Shown here: in pieces, positions 20,956-34,100 of the stretch
How positions within the stretch are numbered: the stretch's first letter is position 1
Layout of the letters: each line of letters opens with the position of its first letter
Source: Gekko japonicus
Taxonomy: Eukaryota
DNA length: 64,000 bases
Assembly: GCF_001447785.1 (NCBI RefSeq)
Contig: NW_015171600.1
Coordinates: forward strand, 34,306-98,305
Reading direction: 5' to 3'
Made by a program: the position numbers and the translations under genes
Notes under the pieces: generated by a model
Told to the model about the DNA's origin: nothing
Database searches by the model: none
Seen by the model: the letters and a program-made list of their open reading frames with translations, nothing else

Positions 20956-21921
20956 ATGGCGAATCTTACCTCCACATCTGAGTTTCTACTCCTGGGATTT
21001 TCAGGTGTCCGAGAATTACAGATCTTACATTTCTTTGTCTTCTTAGCGGTATACATGGTAGCAGTCACTGGCAATCTTCTCATCATCATGGCTGTAGTGC
21101 TGGATCATCACCTGCATATGCCCATGTACTTCTTTCTCATGAACTTGGCCTTTATGGATCTTGGCTCTATTTCTGTGATGTTACCTAAAGCGATGGCCAA
21201 TTTCCTCATGAATAGCAGGTCAATTTCTTATGCAGGTTGTGTGGCTCAAGTTTTCTGCTTCTTCCTATTTGGAGGGTCAGATTTTGCCATCCTCACAGTA
21301 ATGGCACATGATCGGCATATTGCTATTTGCCATCCATTGCAATATGAGGCAATTATGAATAATGGAGCCTGCATTCAGATGGCTATAAGTGCATGGTTTA
21401 CCGGTACACTTTCTGCCATATTACATACCAGTGGCACTTTTGCCATCACTTTCTGCTCCAATAAAATCAATCAGTTCTTCTGTAAAGTTCCACAAATATT
21501 AAAACTTTCCTGCTCAGACTTATATCGAATTGAAATTGGAATTAGTCTGTTTACCTGCAGCTTAATTGGAGGATGTTTTATCTACATCATTATAACTTAT
21601 GTGAAGATTTTTGCAACACTACTCAGGATGCCTTCTGAGCAGGGTTGCAAAAAAGCCCTCTCCACTTGCCTTCCCCACCTCACTGTGGTGTCTCTGCTTG
21701 TTTTCACTGGACTCTTTGCTTACTTGAGGCCTCCTGCTAACACATCCTCTGATCTCGATATCCTTTTTGCAGTGATTTATGCCATATTACCTCCACTGCT
21801 GAATCCCTTCATCTATAGCATGAGAAACAAAGACATCAAGACTGCATTGTTAAAGCTCACTGGTTTTAGACGTTTTCCCCAAACCAGCTCCAGCAAAATT
21901 CATCTTGTAAAACTGGGCTGA
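20956..21921 (+). CDS. Olfactory receptor, class II, OR14-like (copy B), 321 aa
   Basis: Uninterrupted ORF with GNLLII, LHMPMYFFL, MAHDRHIAIC, KALSTCLPHL, PLLNPFIYSMRN. ATG is at the position homologous to copy A. Several motif substitutions. Confidence 0.92.
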   Translation: MANLTSTSEFLLLGFSGVRELQILHFFVFLAVYMVAVTGNLLIIMAVVLDHHLHMPMYFFLMNLAFMDLGSISVMLPKAMANFLMNSRSISYAGCVAQVFCFFLFGGSDFAILTVMAHDRHIAICHPLQYEAIMNNGACIQMAISAWFTGTLSAILHTSGTFAITFCSNKINQFFCKVPQILKLSCSDLYRIEIGISLFTCSLIGGCFIYIIITYVKIFATLLRMPSEQGCKKALSTCLPHLTVVSLLVFTGLFAYLRPPANTSSDLDILFAVIYAILPPLLNPFIYSMRNKDIKTALLKLTGFRRFPQTSSSKIHLVKLG

Positions 21922-22303
21922 ACTGTCTTCTTTAGTTTATTGTGTTTTTTTGGTTTTGTACCCTGGGCTATGCATGATATAATATACCAATAATAACTGT
22001 TTCGATTTTGTGAAGCACGAACAGACGTTGGTGGGACAGGTAGAGATTTTCACTTTCACTTTTATCAGTACATAGCTGTGAGGACTGAAAATGTGATGCT
22101 GGATGGTTAGAGGTCCCACATGGAGCAAAAGCCATTTGAAACAGATAACTGCAAAGAGGAGGAGGAAGACATCAATACGAGCCCCCTGCCAATGATGCCA
22201 TGAGGCCTTCTAGCTTCAGAGGATGGCATCTTGCACCTTATCTCCAACCCAATAATTCTGTCTGTGTACCAAAAATACACAAACACGCTAACACACACAC
22301 AGT

Positions 22304-22503
22304 GGAAGCTGCTTTATACTGGATCAGACCATTGGTCCATCAAAGTCTGTTTTATCTAAATTGACTGCCAGCAGCTCCTTAGGTTGTCAAGCAGGGGTCT
22401 TTCACATCATCTACCCCCTAATCTTTTCAGCTTGAGATGCCTGGGAATGAAACTGGGACCTTCTGCATGCCAAGTAGAAGTTTCAGTGCTGAGCCAGACC
22501 CCC
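22304..22503 (-). mobile_element. tRNA-head SINE with CR1-like tail (another copy at ~25601-25803)
   Basis: Minus strand has a tRNA-like head (GGCTCAG...AGAAGGTCCCAGGTTC). The tail gaccattggtccatc resembles the CR1 3' UTR at ~27385. Confidence 0.6.
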
Positions 22504-22649
22504 TCTATTTGCCACAGCTCCTCTCCTAATGGGCTGAGATCACTATCTTACCATTCTTAAATGTATGTCTTTATTTCCTTAGTTTTTGTGATTTTGCATT
22601 TCTCTAGACCCTCCCAAAACACGGTGGGTGACTTGTGAAAATCAATTTG

Positions 22650-24395
22650 TGAAATTCATTGGAAGCAAGCATAGGGTATTCATTTCTAGCATGAAAAGTT
22701 GAATCCAAGTTTGAATGTATGCAACTTTTATAATTTGTCTTGAGAGGGTTTTGGGTTTTTGTTTTTTGTATTCTTCTGTTTGTTATTTTTATGGCATTAA
22801 TATCTGTAAATTTATTAAAAATAAAAAAGAAATACATATATAAATCCTTTCTTCTGGGAAGCATGGCATTTCAGATGCTTTAATCTAATGGAAAGTCACC
22901 AAATTGTGCTTGCTTGCTGGTTCTTTTTGAATGCCCCATTGTGATTTCTGTTATGGTTTCATAATCTATGGCCAACTCCCTAATAAACATCTGGTCAATT
23001 ACATATGTTATAAGAGGTGGTCAAGTTTTTTCTCTCTCTCTTTCAGAAGGTCAGATCCCCCCCCCCTGAACACATGCACAATGATGGCACCTGATTGCTA
23101 TTTTGCTATGCCACTGCATGCCACAACAATATAAGGCAATTGTGCATAAAGCGATCTCCATTCAAATGATGATCAGTGCATGGATTAGTTTGCTATATTC
23201 TATGCCAGATTGCAGCTCTGTTGACACTTACAATTACCTTCTTCTGCAATAAGGTTGAACTATTTGAGTATGAAATCCCACAGTTAATACACCTCTCCTT
23301 CTCTGACATACATGGTTGGGACTACGTTGACATATAAAAGTTTCTCTCCCCAGTATCTATGTGAAAACTGGGTTTCCTTGCCACATATCCAATGAGAACT
23401 TTCACTGTGCTTGGAGGAATGCAATGTGCTCTAAGGCCTAATGCACTGGAACATAATTAATGATACATCTAAGGTATACTGGGGGCTACAGGCCAAGTCC
23501 AAGGGCTGGTTCTGAACAAATCTTGTAAAACTGCATTAAAACATGTTTGAAAGAATGTATCCATAACCATGCATAAGATCAATCCTAGCTACCTTAATCT
23601 ATTTTCCCCACTAGTGAGCTGCATAGCATCTTCCTGCAGAGGCTGAGAAGCTTTCTTGTTGAGTTGCTGGGGTCGTCCTTTCGGGTGAAATCAGACATTG
23701 GGTTGAATTCAGCCAAAATTTCTACTGGTGAAAAAGGAAGGAAAGGTCCCCTTTGACCACCAGGAGTAGCTCTGTTGGGGATTTGCCCAGACAAAAGCTA
23801 TAAGCAATCAGGGCTGTAGTAGGGATGCCAGCCTCCAGATGGCACCTGGGGATCCCCTGGAATTACAATTCATCTCCAAACCAGAGAGATCAGTTCCGCT
23901 GGAGAGAGAAAAAATGGATGCTTTGGAGGGTGAACCATATGGCATTGCACCCCACCAAGGTCTCTGTACTCAGGCACTATCCCCAAATCTCCAGGAGTTT
24001 CCCAACCTGCATCTGGCAACCCTAACCCCGCATCCCCTGCTGGTGGTCAGCAGGGATCTGGCAACAGAGGGGAATGGAGCGACTCTGAGAGGTAAACTAA
24101 ACATGACTGTGTACTCTTGGCCACCACCATGTTGGAGAGATTTTGAAATGTTACAAAGGCCTGTTCCTGATTGGGCCTACAGTGCAGACTCACTCTCTCA
24201 CACACACACTAGTTGGGGACTTGAAATGTCTTTATAATGGTAGTGGTATCCTCATAGCAGTTATAAGGATGCTGTCACATTTAGTTTGTCCCTTATTGAA
24301 AAAGCTGGCTGGATCTAACTTATTTTGTCTATTCCATTTCTGTCTTCCCTTTCTAGTCTCCCTTTCCTACCCCTTTCTTCACACTCTGACCCATT
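22650..24395 (+). repeat. Duplicated intergenic block paralogous to 360-2400, 40335-40920 and 48140-51350
   Basis: Shared anchors such as gctctaaggcc, ttctgaacaaatcttgta, taaccatg...ctagctaccttaatcta and ctggtgaaaaaggaaggaaag. Confidence 0.9.
22932..23325 (+). pseudogene. Second copy of the decayed OR fragment
   Basis: Paralogous to 626-1000 with the same truncation points and flanks. Confidence 0.85.
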
Positions 24396-24906
24396 GATCT
24401 GACATCATTTGCCAAGTGTACCTAGGCATAATGAAAGACATCTGAGATATTGATAGATATCAACTTTTCTCTTACAAGTCTGGTCTTCTGTCATGTACCC
24501 AAACAGATTCAGAAAATATAGCACATTAATTATCTGTTTAAGATTGTTGTACCACAGTAAGAAGCAACACAGCCAAGGGGGAAGGGTTCAGAAAGGCGTA
24601 CAGGACTCTTGGAAGTACATCAGAATAGGCTTTCAATTAATCTCATTCTTGGGCACACATCCTTTTTTCATTCTGGTATACTGGATCATCAGCAACATGA
24701 ATGGAGACATTTTCTACAAGAAGATTCAAGACTCAGGAGGGAGTAAAGCTGCACCTGGAGAAACTGAACCTGACATTGAAAGATATTCCCCAAACAATTT
24801 GCACAGTCATGGTAAGAATTTCTTAAATGTAGTTGTAGTGTTGGCCAAAGTAATTTGTCGATTTTTTCTTTTCCTCTGATTCACTTGTCTGCTCATCCCT
24901 CTAACT

Positions 24907-25403
24907 CAGGGGAGGGCTTCCATCAGGCCCACAGTGGAACTGGCCATCTCCTGTTTCCAGTTCTGCTGCTGCATCATAGCTTGCTTTGCCAGACTCTCTT
25001 AATCACTCAGTCATTTCATGTTTTAACCTGGGTCCTAGGCTCAGAACTCTGAGCATGAGATTTCTGTGGTGAATGTCAATAAATCAAAAGTAGGTTTGCA
25101 GCTTACAGATACACACCTGAACAGCATACTCAAGATTGTAACATCACAGACGTTTTGATGCAATAATTCAGAACAAGAGGTGTCAGTTATCAGATACCGT
25201 TAAATAAACAAAATATTGCAAGAGTGCTAATGTTTTAAGCATGTTTTTATTTCAAGTTAAAAAAAAACCTTTGTGTTTGTGTCCTTTATAAAGTTTATAT
25301 CACTGCTACCAGGCATTACATTTTATGACACACATAGCCCAGCCCAACAAAATCTCATTTATGTAAGATCCGGCCCTCATAACAATTGAGTTTGACACCC
25401 CTG
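24907..25403. mobile_element. hAT-family non-autonomous DNA transposon
   Basis: CAGGGG...TTTGACACCCCTG ends; 8-bp TSD CTCTAACT/CTCTAATT. An inverted copy lies at 53414-53846. Confidence 0.8.
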
Positions 25404-27350
25404 CTCTAATTGTTATGCTTTCCCCTAACACCTGCAGAGATTTTTGTTGTTGTTGTTTTTTAAATGAAGCTTTTATTCAAATGCTTCCTTATCCATTTAA
25501 GAGGTAGAATTTGGACACAGGTTGTCCTCCATATCCTGAGATAAAGACAGGAGAAACAGGTTAATACTTAAACTAGCTTTTTAAACAGCTCATGAACACA
25601 TGAAGCAGCCTTATACTGAAGCAGACCCTTGGTCCATCAAAGTCAGTATTTTGTCTACTCAGACCAGCAGTGGCTCTGCAGGGTCCCAGTCTGAGCTCTT
25701 TCATGTCACCTCCTACCTCATCCTTTTAACTGAAGATGCTGGGAATTGAACCTGGGACCTTCTGCATGACAATCAGATGCTCTGCCAGTGAGCTACAGCC
25801 CTTCATTTTTTTTGCAAATATATTTTATTAAATTTTCAACTGTTAACAGGAAAACAACAAAGTGCGAACAACAACATGACATAAATCAATACCATAAATA
25901 TAGAGAATATAGTGCAAGAACATACTATGGGTTACACAAGGGGCAGCCACAGTTCTGGAGGAGCATTCCTGAGTGACATCACACTGGCCTCAAACTCATC
26001 AGGTGTTTTCTGTTCCTTCCACTCGGGATAGAAAACCAGGCAGAAAGGTGCCAACCCAAGAATGTAAGCTTTGGGTCTCCATTGGGGAGACAGGCAGTGT
26101 ATCAACAAAGTAACTAAATAAAATTACTGGGGGGTTGGCTGATGCTGCAAAGCATCAACAGAGTTCCTCCACCACACCCGCCTACCATGCAGGCATTGAA
26201 GAGCAAGCTTTTCAAAGCCTCCTTTCACCTTCGGAGGCCTCCAAGTGCCTGTAATCATCCTACTAATACACTTGTCATTTGAACTATTTCTGCCAACCTT
26301 GATACAGCCTAACAAGTCAAAAGACCATGTCTGTTTATTACAACATTCAGAATGAAAAGGAGGCACTTCGGGCAACTTGGGGGAAATCCAGGAAAATCCA
26401 GTCTGCACCTTGCATGGTGACAAGCTACTCCTGCAATCTAAGGATACGGCAGGCAGGTGGAGAAGAAGCTGCAAATGTAGTGGCCTCCAGAGGTGTAGCT
26501 GACTTCAATACTCACCCCTTTAATCTTTTGTTATTGGCTGGGCTCTCAGCAACTTAACCCCAGAAGTGCCTTTTGCATCAGCTCTCATGCTCCATTTTGA
26601 ACAGGAATTTGGGCAAAGGGTACAGCAACCAAGCTTATTCAGTGGAGAATGGTGAGAACTAGGAATCTACCCCCCCTGCAATATAGGCTACGTTGAATGC
26701 TTTAACTGCCACTCAAAATAGTTCAGTTATCTATCAGACACTCTGATCTAAGACAAACAGAAAAACTGCTACTGAGAATGACTCTCTCATGTGGGTGACC
26801 CTCTCATGGTTAGCCACCTCTGTGGAGATCAGTTTGCCTCTAAGTGTGGAAAAGATGGAAGCCATATGATTGTACTCTCATAGACCTGTTATGAATTGTA
26901 ATTTCACTATACATTTCACCATAAATCTGTGCATGAGACCAGGCAATTTTTTCCTTATTACCAGGCAGGATGATATAGGTAACCAAGGTAACCAAGCAAA
27001 TGAGCTTTATCTCTGAACCATGTCATTGTCACCCTCATAATAGAGCTCTCTTTTCGTTCCTGTAATTCTTTTTTGCTTCTCTTCTTATTTCTCCCTCCCC
27101 CTTCTACCCTCAGCATTTCTCTGTCTCTCATTTTGAATATTTCCAATCTACTTGGATTGATAAAATGCAATGCCTCGATGACCTATGAGCAGCTTTTCTG
27201 CTTATGAAATAATAAGGATCTTATGATCCCCCCAAAGTCTACATCTCAAGATCATGGAAACTGCATGGTCAAAAGTCATAGGGGGTGAGAGGTAAAGTAA
27301 TTGGGAACTGAGTGAGAGTGAGTGAAAAAGCCAGCTGGATGCCACCTCCT

Positions 27351-27703
27351 GACATAAGAACATAAGAAGAGCCCTACTGGGTTAGACCAATGGTCCATCT
27401 AGTCCAGCATCCTGTCTTACACAGTGGCCAACTAGTTCCTCTGGATGGCCACTAGTTCCTCTGAATGGCCAACAACAGGGCATAGAGACCGAGGCTTTCC
27501 CCTGAAGTTGCTTCCTGGCTCTGGGATTCAGAGGCTTAGTGCCTCTGACTGTGGAGGTTCCCCTCAGTTACCATGGCTAGTAGCCACTGATAGACCTATC
27601 TTCCATGAATCTATCTAATCCCCTTTTAAAGCTGATTATTCCTGTGGCCATCACTACATCCTCTGGCGAATTCCATATTTTAATCACTCTCTGTGTAAAG
27701 TAG
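27351..27703 (-). mobile_element. CR1 3' fragment
   Basis: Encodes YFTQRVI...FMEDRSISGY like the end of CR1 ORF2; AAGAACAT tail. Confidence 0.85.
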
Positions 27704-28250
27704 TCCTCTAATATTACAGTTGAGTTTGTATAATACTTGCAGCCCAGCGCTAAAGTGACACCTTCCTGCTTTCCTCTGCCACTGCTTACAGTGCTGTCAC
27801 AGGCTTGTGACCAAAAATGCCGGAACCAAGTTAATATTACACAACACATGAACAATTGTCTGCTAACATAGTATCCCACCCTTGATATTTTCTGACTAAT
27901 TTCAAGAGTTGGATCTGTCAAAATAGATGCAAACTGTGGACTGGGAATTAGAATGCTATCCATTGCCCTTCCTCCATTTTCCATGCATGGATCATCTCTG
28001 TATGTACAATATGTATGCATGTAGAAAGTGTTACCATGTTGGGTGCCTACATAATATATGGTGTAATATCCTGAGTATACATATCCTACAGTCATGCATT
28101 CTTATGTACAATGCATGATGGTGGACGGGACAGGAAAGCAGGAATAATCTTGGTCCCCTCTCTGCTTTATCACAATTTAGGATGTTATTCAGTTAAAAGG
28201 TCTTCTCTTTTTCATTCTACAGGTAGCTCACATTTTGATATGGAGGCGAA

Positions 28251-29127
28251 ATGTCCAATCTTTCCTCAGCATCTGAATTTCTGCTCTTGGGATTCTCAAA
28301 TTTCCAAGAACTACAGATTTTGCACTTCTTTGTGACTGGCAACTAGAAACCTTATAATAACCCTTTCAGTAGTCTTTGATCACCATCTGCACACTCCTAT
28401 GAATCTGGCCATTCTGGACCTTGGCTCAGTTTCCGTCACAATGCCAAAATCTATGGCCAATTCCCTCTTGCATAACCGGTCAGTTTCTTATTCTGTATGT
28501 GTAGCCCAGGTATTCTTTCTCTTCTTCTTCTATGACCACTATGTTGCCATCTGTTAACCACTGCGATATGAAACAATTATGCACAGAGGAGTCTGCATGC
28601 AGATGGCAGGAGGTGCATGGATAAGCGGCATACTTTATGGCATATTGCATATGGCTGGCACTTTTGCCATCACCTTCTGCTCCAATATGGTCAATCAGTT
28701 CTTCTGTGAGATCCCACAGTTACTAAAACTTTCCTGCTCTGACCTATGCTTAGTTGAATTTGGCCTCTTTATTCATAGCTTTGTCACAGTACTTGGATGC
28801 TTTATCTTCATGCTTTTAACTTACATGGAGATCATTGCAACAGTGCTCAGAATCCATTCAGTGCAGGGTTGGAAAAAAGCCCTCTCCACTTGCCTTCCTC
28901 ATCTCACTGTGGTGTTTCTGCTTATTTTTGCAGCAATGTTTGCTTACGTAAGTCCTCCTGCTAACACATCATCTGATGTTGATGTTTTCGTAGTAATTTA
29001 TTCTATACTCCTGCCATTGCTCAATCCATTCATCTATAGCATAAGAAACAAAGAGATCAAGACTGCTTTGCTGAAACTCTTCAGTTCTAGGCATTCTTCT
29101 GCAATCCCCAGCAGAGCTATTCCATAG
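28251..29127 (+). pseudogene. Olfactory receptor pseudogene (copy C)
   Basis: Reads MSNLSSASEFLLLGFS... then TAG at 28344 with a 7-nt frameshifting insertion, internal deletions, and TAA at 28555 (AIC*PLRY). The 3' half (ORF 28579-29127) keeps FFCEIP, KALSTCLPHL and NPFIYS. Confidence 0.95.
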
Positions 29128-29657
29128 AAATGTGATAGTAGATTATACATCATCATTTTAAAAAATATATTTTTATTATTTTTGGGTTATAGACACTGAA
29201 GAATATATTAAAAAAATTAATTGTATCTGCCACACAAAGTGTTACCTCAGCTTAATAACACATTCTCTGTATCTTTCACTTTTCTTATTGTAGATTTTGC
29301 TATACTAGGAAAAAATCCATACAAAATTACTGTTACTGAATATTATTTGTTAAATAATATTTGCTCTGTCTTCTTTAAAACATAGTTCATTATGTTGATC
29401 TGGAAAACTTAATTTCTGTGAGAATTATGTTTGGGAAGAATAAACAGAAAGAAGATGTTTGACTTTATGGTTATTTTGAGCCAGTATAGATGTCCATATT
29501 TGGATCTTTTTGATAAACTCTTTTTAGGAATATATATCTTTCCTTTAAATGGAGGTTATTATGTATTTGGCAAAGATTTACATACCTTTTTATTGCATCT
29601 TTTTCTGTTTTAGAAATCTAAGATGTATATTAGATATATCAAAAAATCTCATATTAC

Positions 29658-30230
29658 CCATAATTTTTGGGAGAACGTTCGGAAGGAGATCGCTGACATA
29701 ACTTCGATAGATCTAAGCCTTAAGCCTGAAGTGTTTCTGCTGAACTACTGGGATAATGATGTGGATGCTAGGAACAGGGAAATTATCTCGATGCTTCTGG
29801 CTGCAGCGCGTTTGACATTAGCGTCATGTTGGAGGTCTCCTCATCCTCCAACAATAGCAGCCTTGCATGAAAAAATATGGGATCAATTTGTGATGGCTAA
29901 GATAGCAGATAAAGTACATAGAGCTCAAATTTTACGGCCCTCTAACCTCAAATTTGAATCAACCTGGTTCCCGATATTTTCATTTCTTACTTCACGGGGC
30001 ATATTGCCAATAAATACCTGTTACCAAAAATGGGTTTTGATGTAATGTACTAAGAGTCGAAATTTAAAGGATGCTTTCGTTATTTGTTATTATTATCTCT
30101 GGGGCTTTAAGTTCAAAAATACCTGAATGATACTGTAACTCTTTTGTAGGAATGTCGAGTGTTTATTATTGGATTATTTGCATGTTCTTGTTTGCTTTGT
30201 TATAAAAAATGAATAAAGAGAATTTTTTTA
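29658..30230 (+). mobile_element. L1-clade 3' fragment
   Basis: Peptide homologous to 15159-15773; AATAAA; 17-bp TSD AAAAAATCTCATATTAC at 29641 and 30231. Confidence 0.88.
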
Positions 30231-30534
30231 AAAAAATCTCATATTACTTGTACTTTACAATTTTCTTGACTCGCTGATTTCTGGTGTCTCTGTGTTAAGT
30301 GTACCTAGGAACAAGAGGGTGAGGCAGAGCTCCTCACAGGCCTCACAGGAGTTGCTTGGTCCCGCCTTGTAGGGGCACTGTGCGAGGGCTGGCTTGAGGA
30401 TGGGTAGAGCCTGGGCAGGCTGGGGGCCATGGCCCAGGCAGTGGCGGAGCAGCTCGAGGGGCAGCTTGTGGCAGCACTCCACTGGTTTGGCCAGCAGGCT
30501 NNNNNNNNNNNNNNNNNNNNNNNNNNNNNNNNNN

Positions 30535-30826
30535 GAGTTCTTGTATTGTGAGAAAGGGAGAAAAGTACTACTTTCTCTACTTTCTCTATCCCAGGCATAA
30601 TCTTGTAAACCTCTAACATGTTACCCCTCAGTTGTCATTTCTCCAAGCTAAAGAGCCCCATGCACTATAACCTTTCTTCATAGGGAAAGTGTTTCAACCT
30701 TGTATCATTCTACTTGCCCTTTTCTGCACTTTTTCCAATGCTACAATATCATTTCTGAGGTGTGATGACCAGAATTGCACACAGTATTCCAAATGAGGTC
30801 GATTTATATAGGAGCATTATGATACT
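30535..30826 (-). mobile_element. CR1 fragment
   Basis: Homologous to 10020-10320. Confidence 0.85.
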
Positions 30827-30844
30827 GTGATGATGAGAATACCA

Positions 30845-31127
30845 GGGCGATTTCTCACTAGAGCTGCCTCGCAGTGCAGTGCGTTTGCCCCAACACAAAC
30901 ATGACAATTTCACACTCGAGGCTGCAGGGCTGCATTTGACCCGTGGCTTCGCCTGATTTCCTCCGCAGTTTCATGATCCTAAAAAAACAGGATCAGGAAA
31001 CTGCGAAGGAAATTGGGTGAAGCCGCGAGTCAAAATGCAGCCCTGGAGCTTCGGGTGTGAAATTGACATGTTTGTTTTGGGGCAAACGGCGGCTGTGCTG
31101 TGAGGCAGCTCTAGTGAGAAATCGCCC
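30845..31127. mobile_element. Foldback MITE, same family as 3032-3315, opposite orientation
   Basis: Same TIRs. The empty site gagaataccagtgtgatgag is preserved in the 258-bp repeat unit; the short duplication fits ~3 bp (CAG/CAA). Confidence 0.88.
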
Positions 31128-34100
31128 CCAATGTGATGAGACCCTAGTGTGATGAGAATACCAAGGCAAGCTTGGAAAAACTGTGATCTGCCCAGCCATT
31201 GGCAAAAATCTTCGGAGACTCAAAGAAGGTCCCTAAAAATGTTTGTTGCTTTTTTAAAAAAAATCTGTTTATGCACTTCAGCTTAAAATTTTAATAAACC
31301 TAAGCCTAACTCCAAATCTGTTGTGGGATCTTTCTTTTGGGTGCGTGGTGGCAAAATGGAAGGACTCTAATGCATTGCTTAGATGCATTTGGTCTTACGT
31401 CATGCACAGGCTTGCTGCACTAATGATCTATTTAAGATAGTTACAGAAATAGGAAAAAAAGAATACAGCAGAGGGAAAAGATTTCAGCAGCACTTGGCAG
31501 TTAAGTGAGGAGAACTCCTGGGAGCAAGTTGCCAAGAACAGCTCTCTCTTACTCACGCAGCCTTTTTTATTGTGATTTGACGGAAATCAGCAGACTCCAT
31601 TGTAACAAGTCATCCAGGGAATGGCCAGAGCAAGTGGATACATGTATTTAAACAGCTGAACAAGAAACTGAAGCAGACCTTCTCTCATTTGCCACAAATC
31701 TTAATTAATGTTATTTATTCACTGGTCCACATCCACATCAAGAATAAAGAATATTTGATGACAGAACTTCAGCAGAAATGGAGACAGGGAATCTAAGATG
31801 AAAAGGTCTGGAGAAGAAACAGGACTCCAAGGTATTCAATATATTGGAAAATCGGTGTGTGAGTGTAGAATGATTGTAGCACAGTTTCAAAGGTGAAGTA
31901 TCTTCTACAATCTTCGACAATGATTTGCTGTGTTATTTGGAAGTGTTTCATTACTCACAAATAATTCTTTAAATTAAAATTACCTCAGAGTGTTAGAAGA
32001 ATTGCTCCTGGAGTGATTGGTGCCAGATTTTCTCTATTTACTCATAGAGCCATGTGTGTTTCAGGTGGGTAGGCATGTTGGTATGAAGCAATAAAACAAA
32101 GTTTGAGTCCAGTGGCACCTTTAAGACCAACAAAGTTTAATTTTGGGTACAAGCTTTCATGTGCATCCACAAAGGACATTCAAAACATATACATTTAATT
32201 AGAATAAAATGGGCAACCTAAAGAAAAGTGGAGAGACAGAGCATATTCAAAACTTCATAGCTGGATAGCAAAACATACTCTAAGGGGATGGTTCTTGCTG
32301 TCTAATGGGGTAAAAGGAAGAATATAAATAGAATATACTTTTGTTGTTGGATTAGAAGGAATGGAGGGTTATGTGGTATGAGATTCCTTAGTGGGTGAGA
32401 GATGGTCTTTGGGAATGGTCCTTGGTTCTCAAGGATGTTTGAATCTGAATTGCTGGGTGAAAGAGCCCTTTTATTACCATTGGGCTTAAGGACCACTGGA
32501 GTAGGAATCTGGAGATAGGGGGAAATATCTGGTTTGGGTTAGAAGTACCAGTGGGTCACCTTTGAGGTTTAATTGATGTGGGGAACTAGACTGACAAAAT
32601 TCAGATGACAACTGAGTAGGGTGGATTGGTGGAGACATGATTAAAGTGGTGCTTCTCTGGGTGATCCAGGATACCTGCTTTAATATGGGGTGAAATTGAT
32701 CATTTGGAAACCCTAAGAGGGGAATGCAGCATTCATAGAATTCATAGAATCAGCCAGGTAGAGTTAAAGTAATTCTCAGGCATCAAAGAAAGGCCTTAAC
32801 AACAGGGCCCCAAGGCTCTCTAAGGCTCCGTCAGCGTACAATTTCCACCTATAATTTTAATTAATTGCTGAAAAACTAGTCTAAAAAAAAGAAGGACCCT
32901 ATTGGCCAGTTTCCCCTGTCCAGTCTGTCAGGAATATAGGACTTCAAGGGAGGGGACTCCCAAAAGTCTCATCACATGTGGGGGTGGGAGGTATTGTCCA
33001 TGTAACAACAGCCTTTACATGAGGAGATGGATAAGGGATCAGGAAACTGTCCACTGTCCCTTCCTATGCATGCACAAGTTGGATAGGAATCCTTCTATGA
33101 GGTTTGGTATAGTTCCAAGTCAAGTTTCCAGAGTCTATGGACATGGAAGTTTTAGAAGACTAGCTCTCAGCAAACAAACATGGGGAGGGAGGGGACAGCC
33201 AGAGAGGTGTTGATCACCGGTGCAGTTTGGCCATGTGCATTCTCCCATTCTTTGTTTATTCAACACAAGGTTAGCTACCAGGCTGAGATGGTCAAACAAA
33301 GAATCCTAAATAACCATTCACTTATGTTAATTTATTAACAGTGCAATCAGAACACTTCCCAGGCAACGCTGCTGGTTTCTGGGGGCTGCTTTGCCGCCCT
33401 TAGGAAGCCAGGCAGCAACAGAGCCACAATGCCAGGCATCATGACATGGGCAGGGGGTGGAGCCGGCTAGGATAAACAGCCAGGCTCTACTCCTGCCCAA
33501 TGACAGTTGCTCCGATGTGCTCCTGAGAGTGGAGCACAAGGACTTCGCTGCTTGCTTATCTTGAGGCCTTGGGCTTGAGGTCAGCAGCAGGTAATGGTGG
33601 GAAGACTTCTGCGGTGGCAGGGAGACCCAGCGGCGGTGCACTGCTGTTGCCACGGGCTTCTGTCGGTGGCGGTGTGCTCCTGATGGTGGCGGCGAGCTCA
33701 GAATGGCAGCAGGCTTCAGGCAGCTGGAGGATCGAGGCCGCATCAGCAGTCCGGGTGGTGAGGCCACGTCAGCAATCTAGGCAGCGGGGCTGTGGTAGCA
33801 GCTGACACAGCCTTGACGGTGGTCTGGTCTGTTGCAGCCATGGCCCAATCCTGGGACCTCGGCACCTGCCAGATATTCGAGGCAGCAGAAGCTCAGCAGT
33901 GGCCCCACCGGTTTGTGTTATTTTTTAAACACACACACATGCCCACGCTCCCCTCTTCCTTAGGTTGGTGTGGGAGTGCAGCCAATGGGAACAGCTACTA
34001 GGAACGGGGTAGCTCAATTGGGCACTCAGTGTGTGTGGGTGAAATCAAGTGTAATTTGAATGGAAAACAACTGATCTTCTAATGGTTTCCTTCTGTGAAG

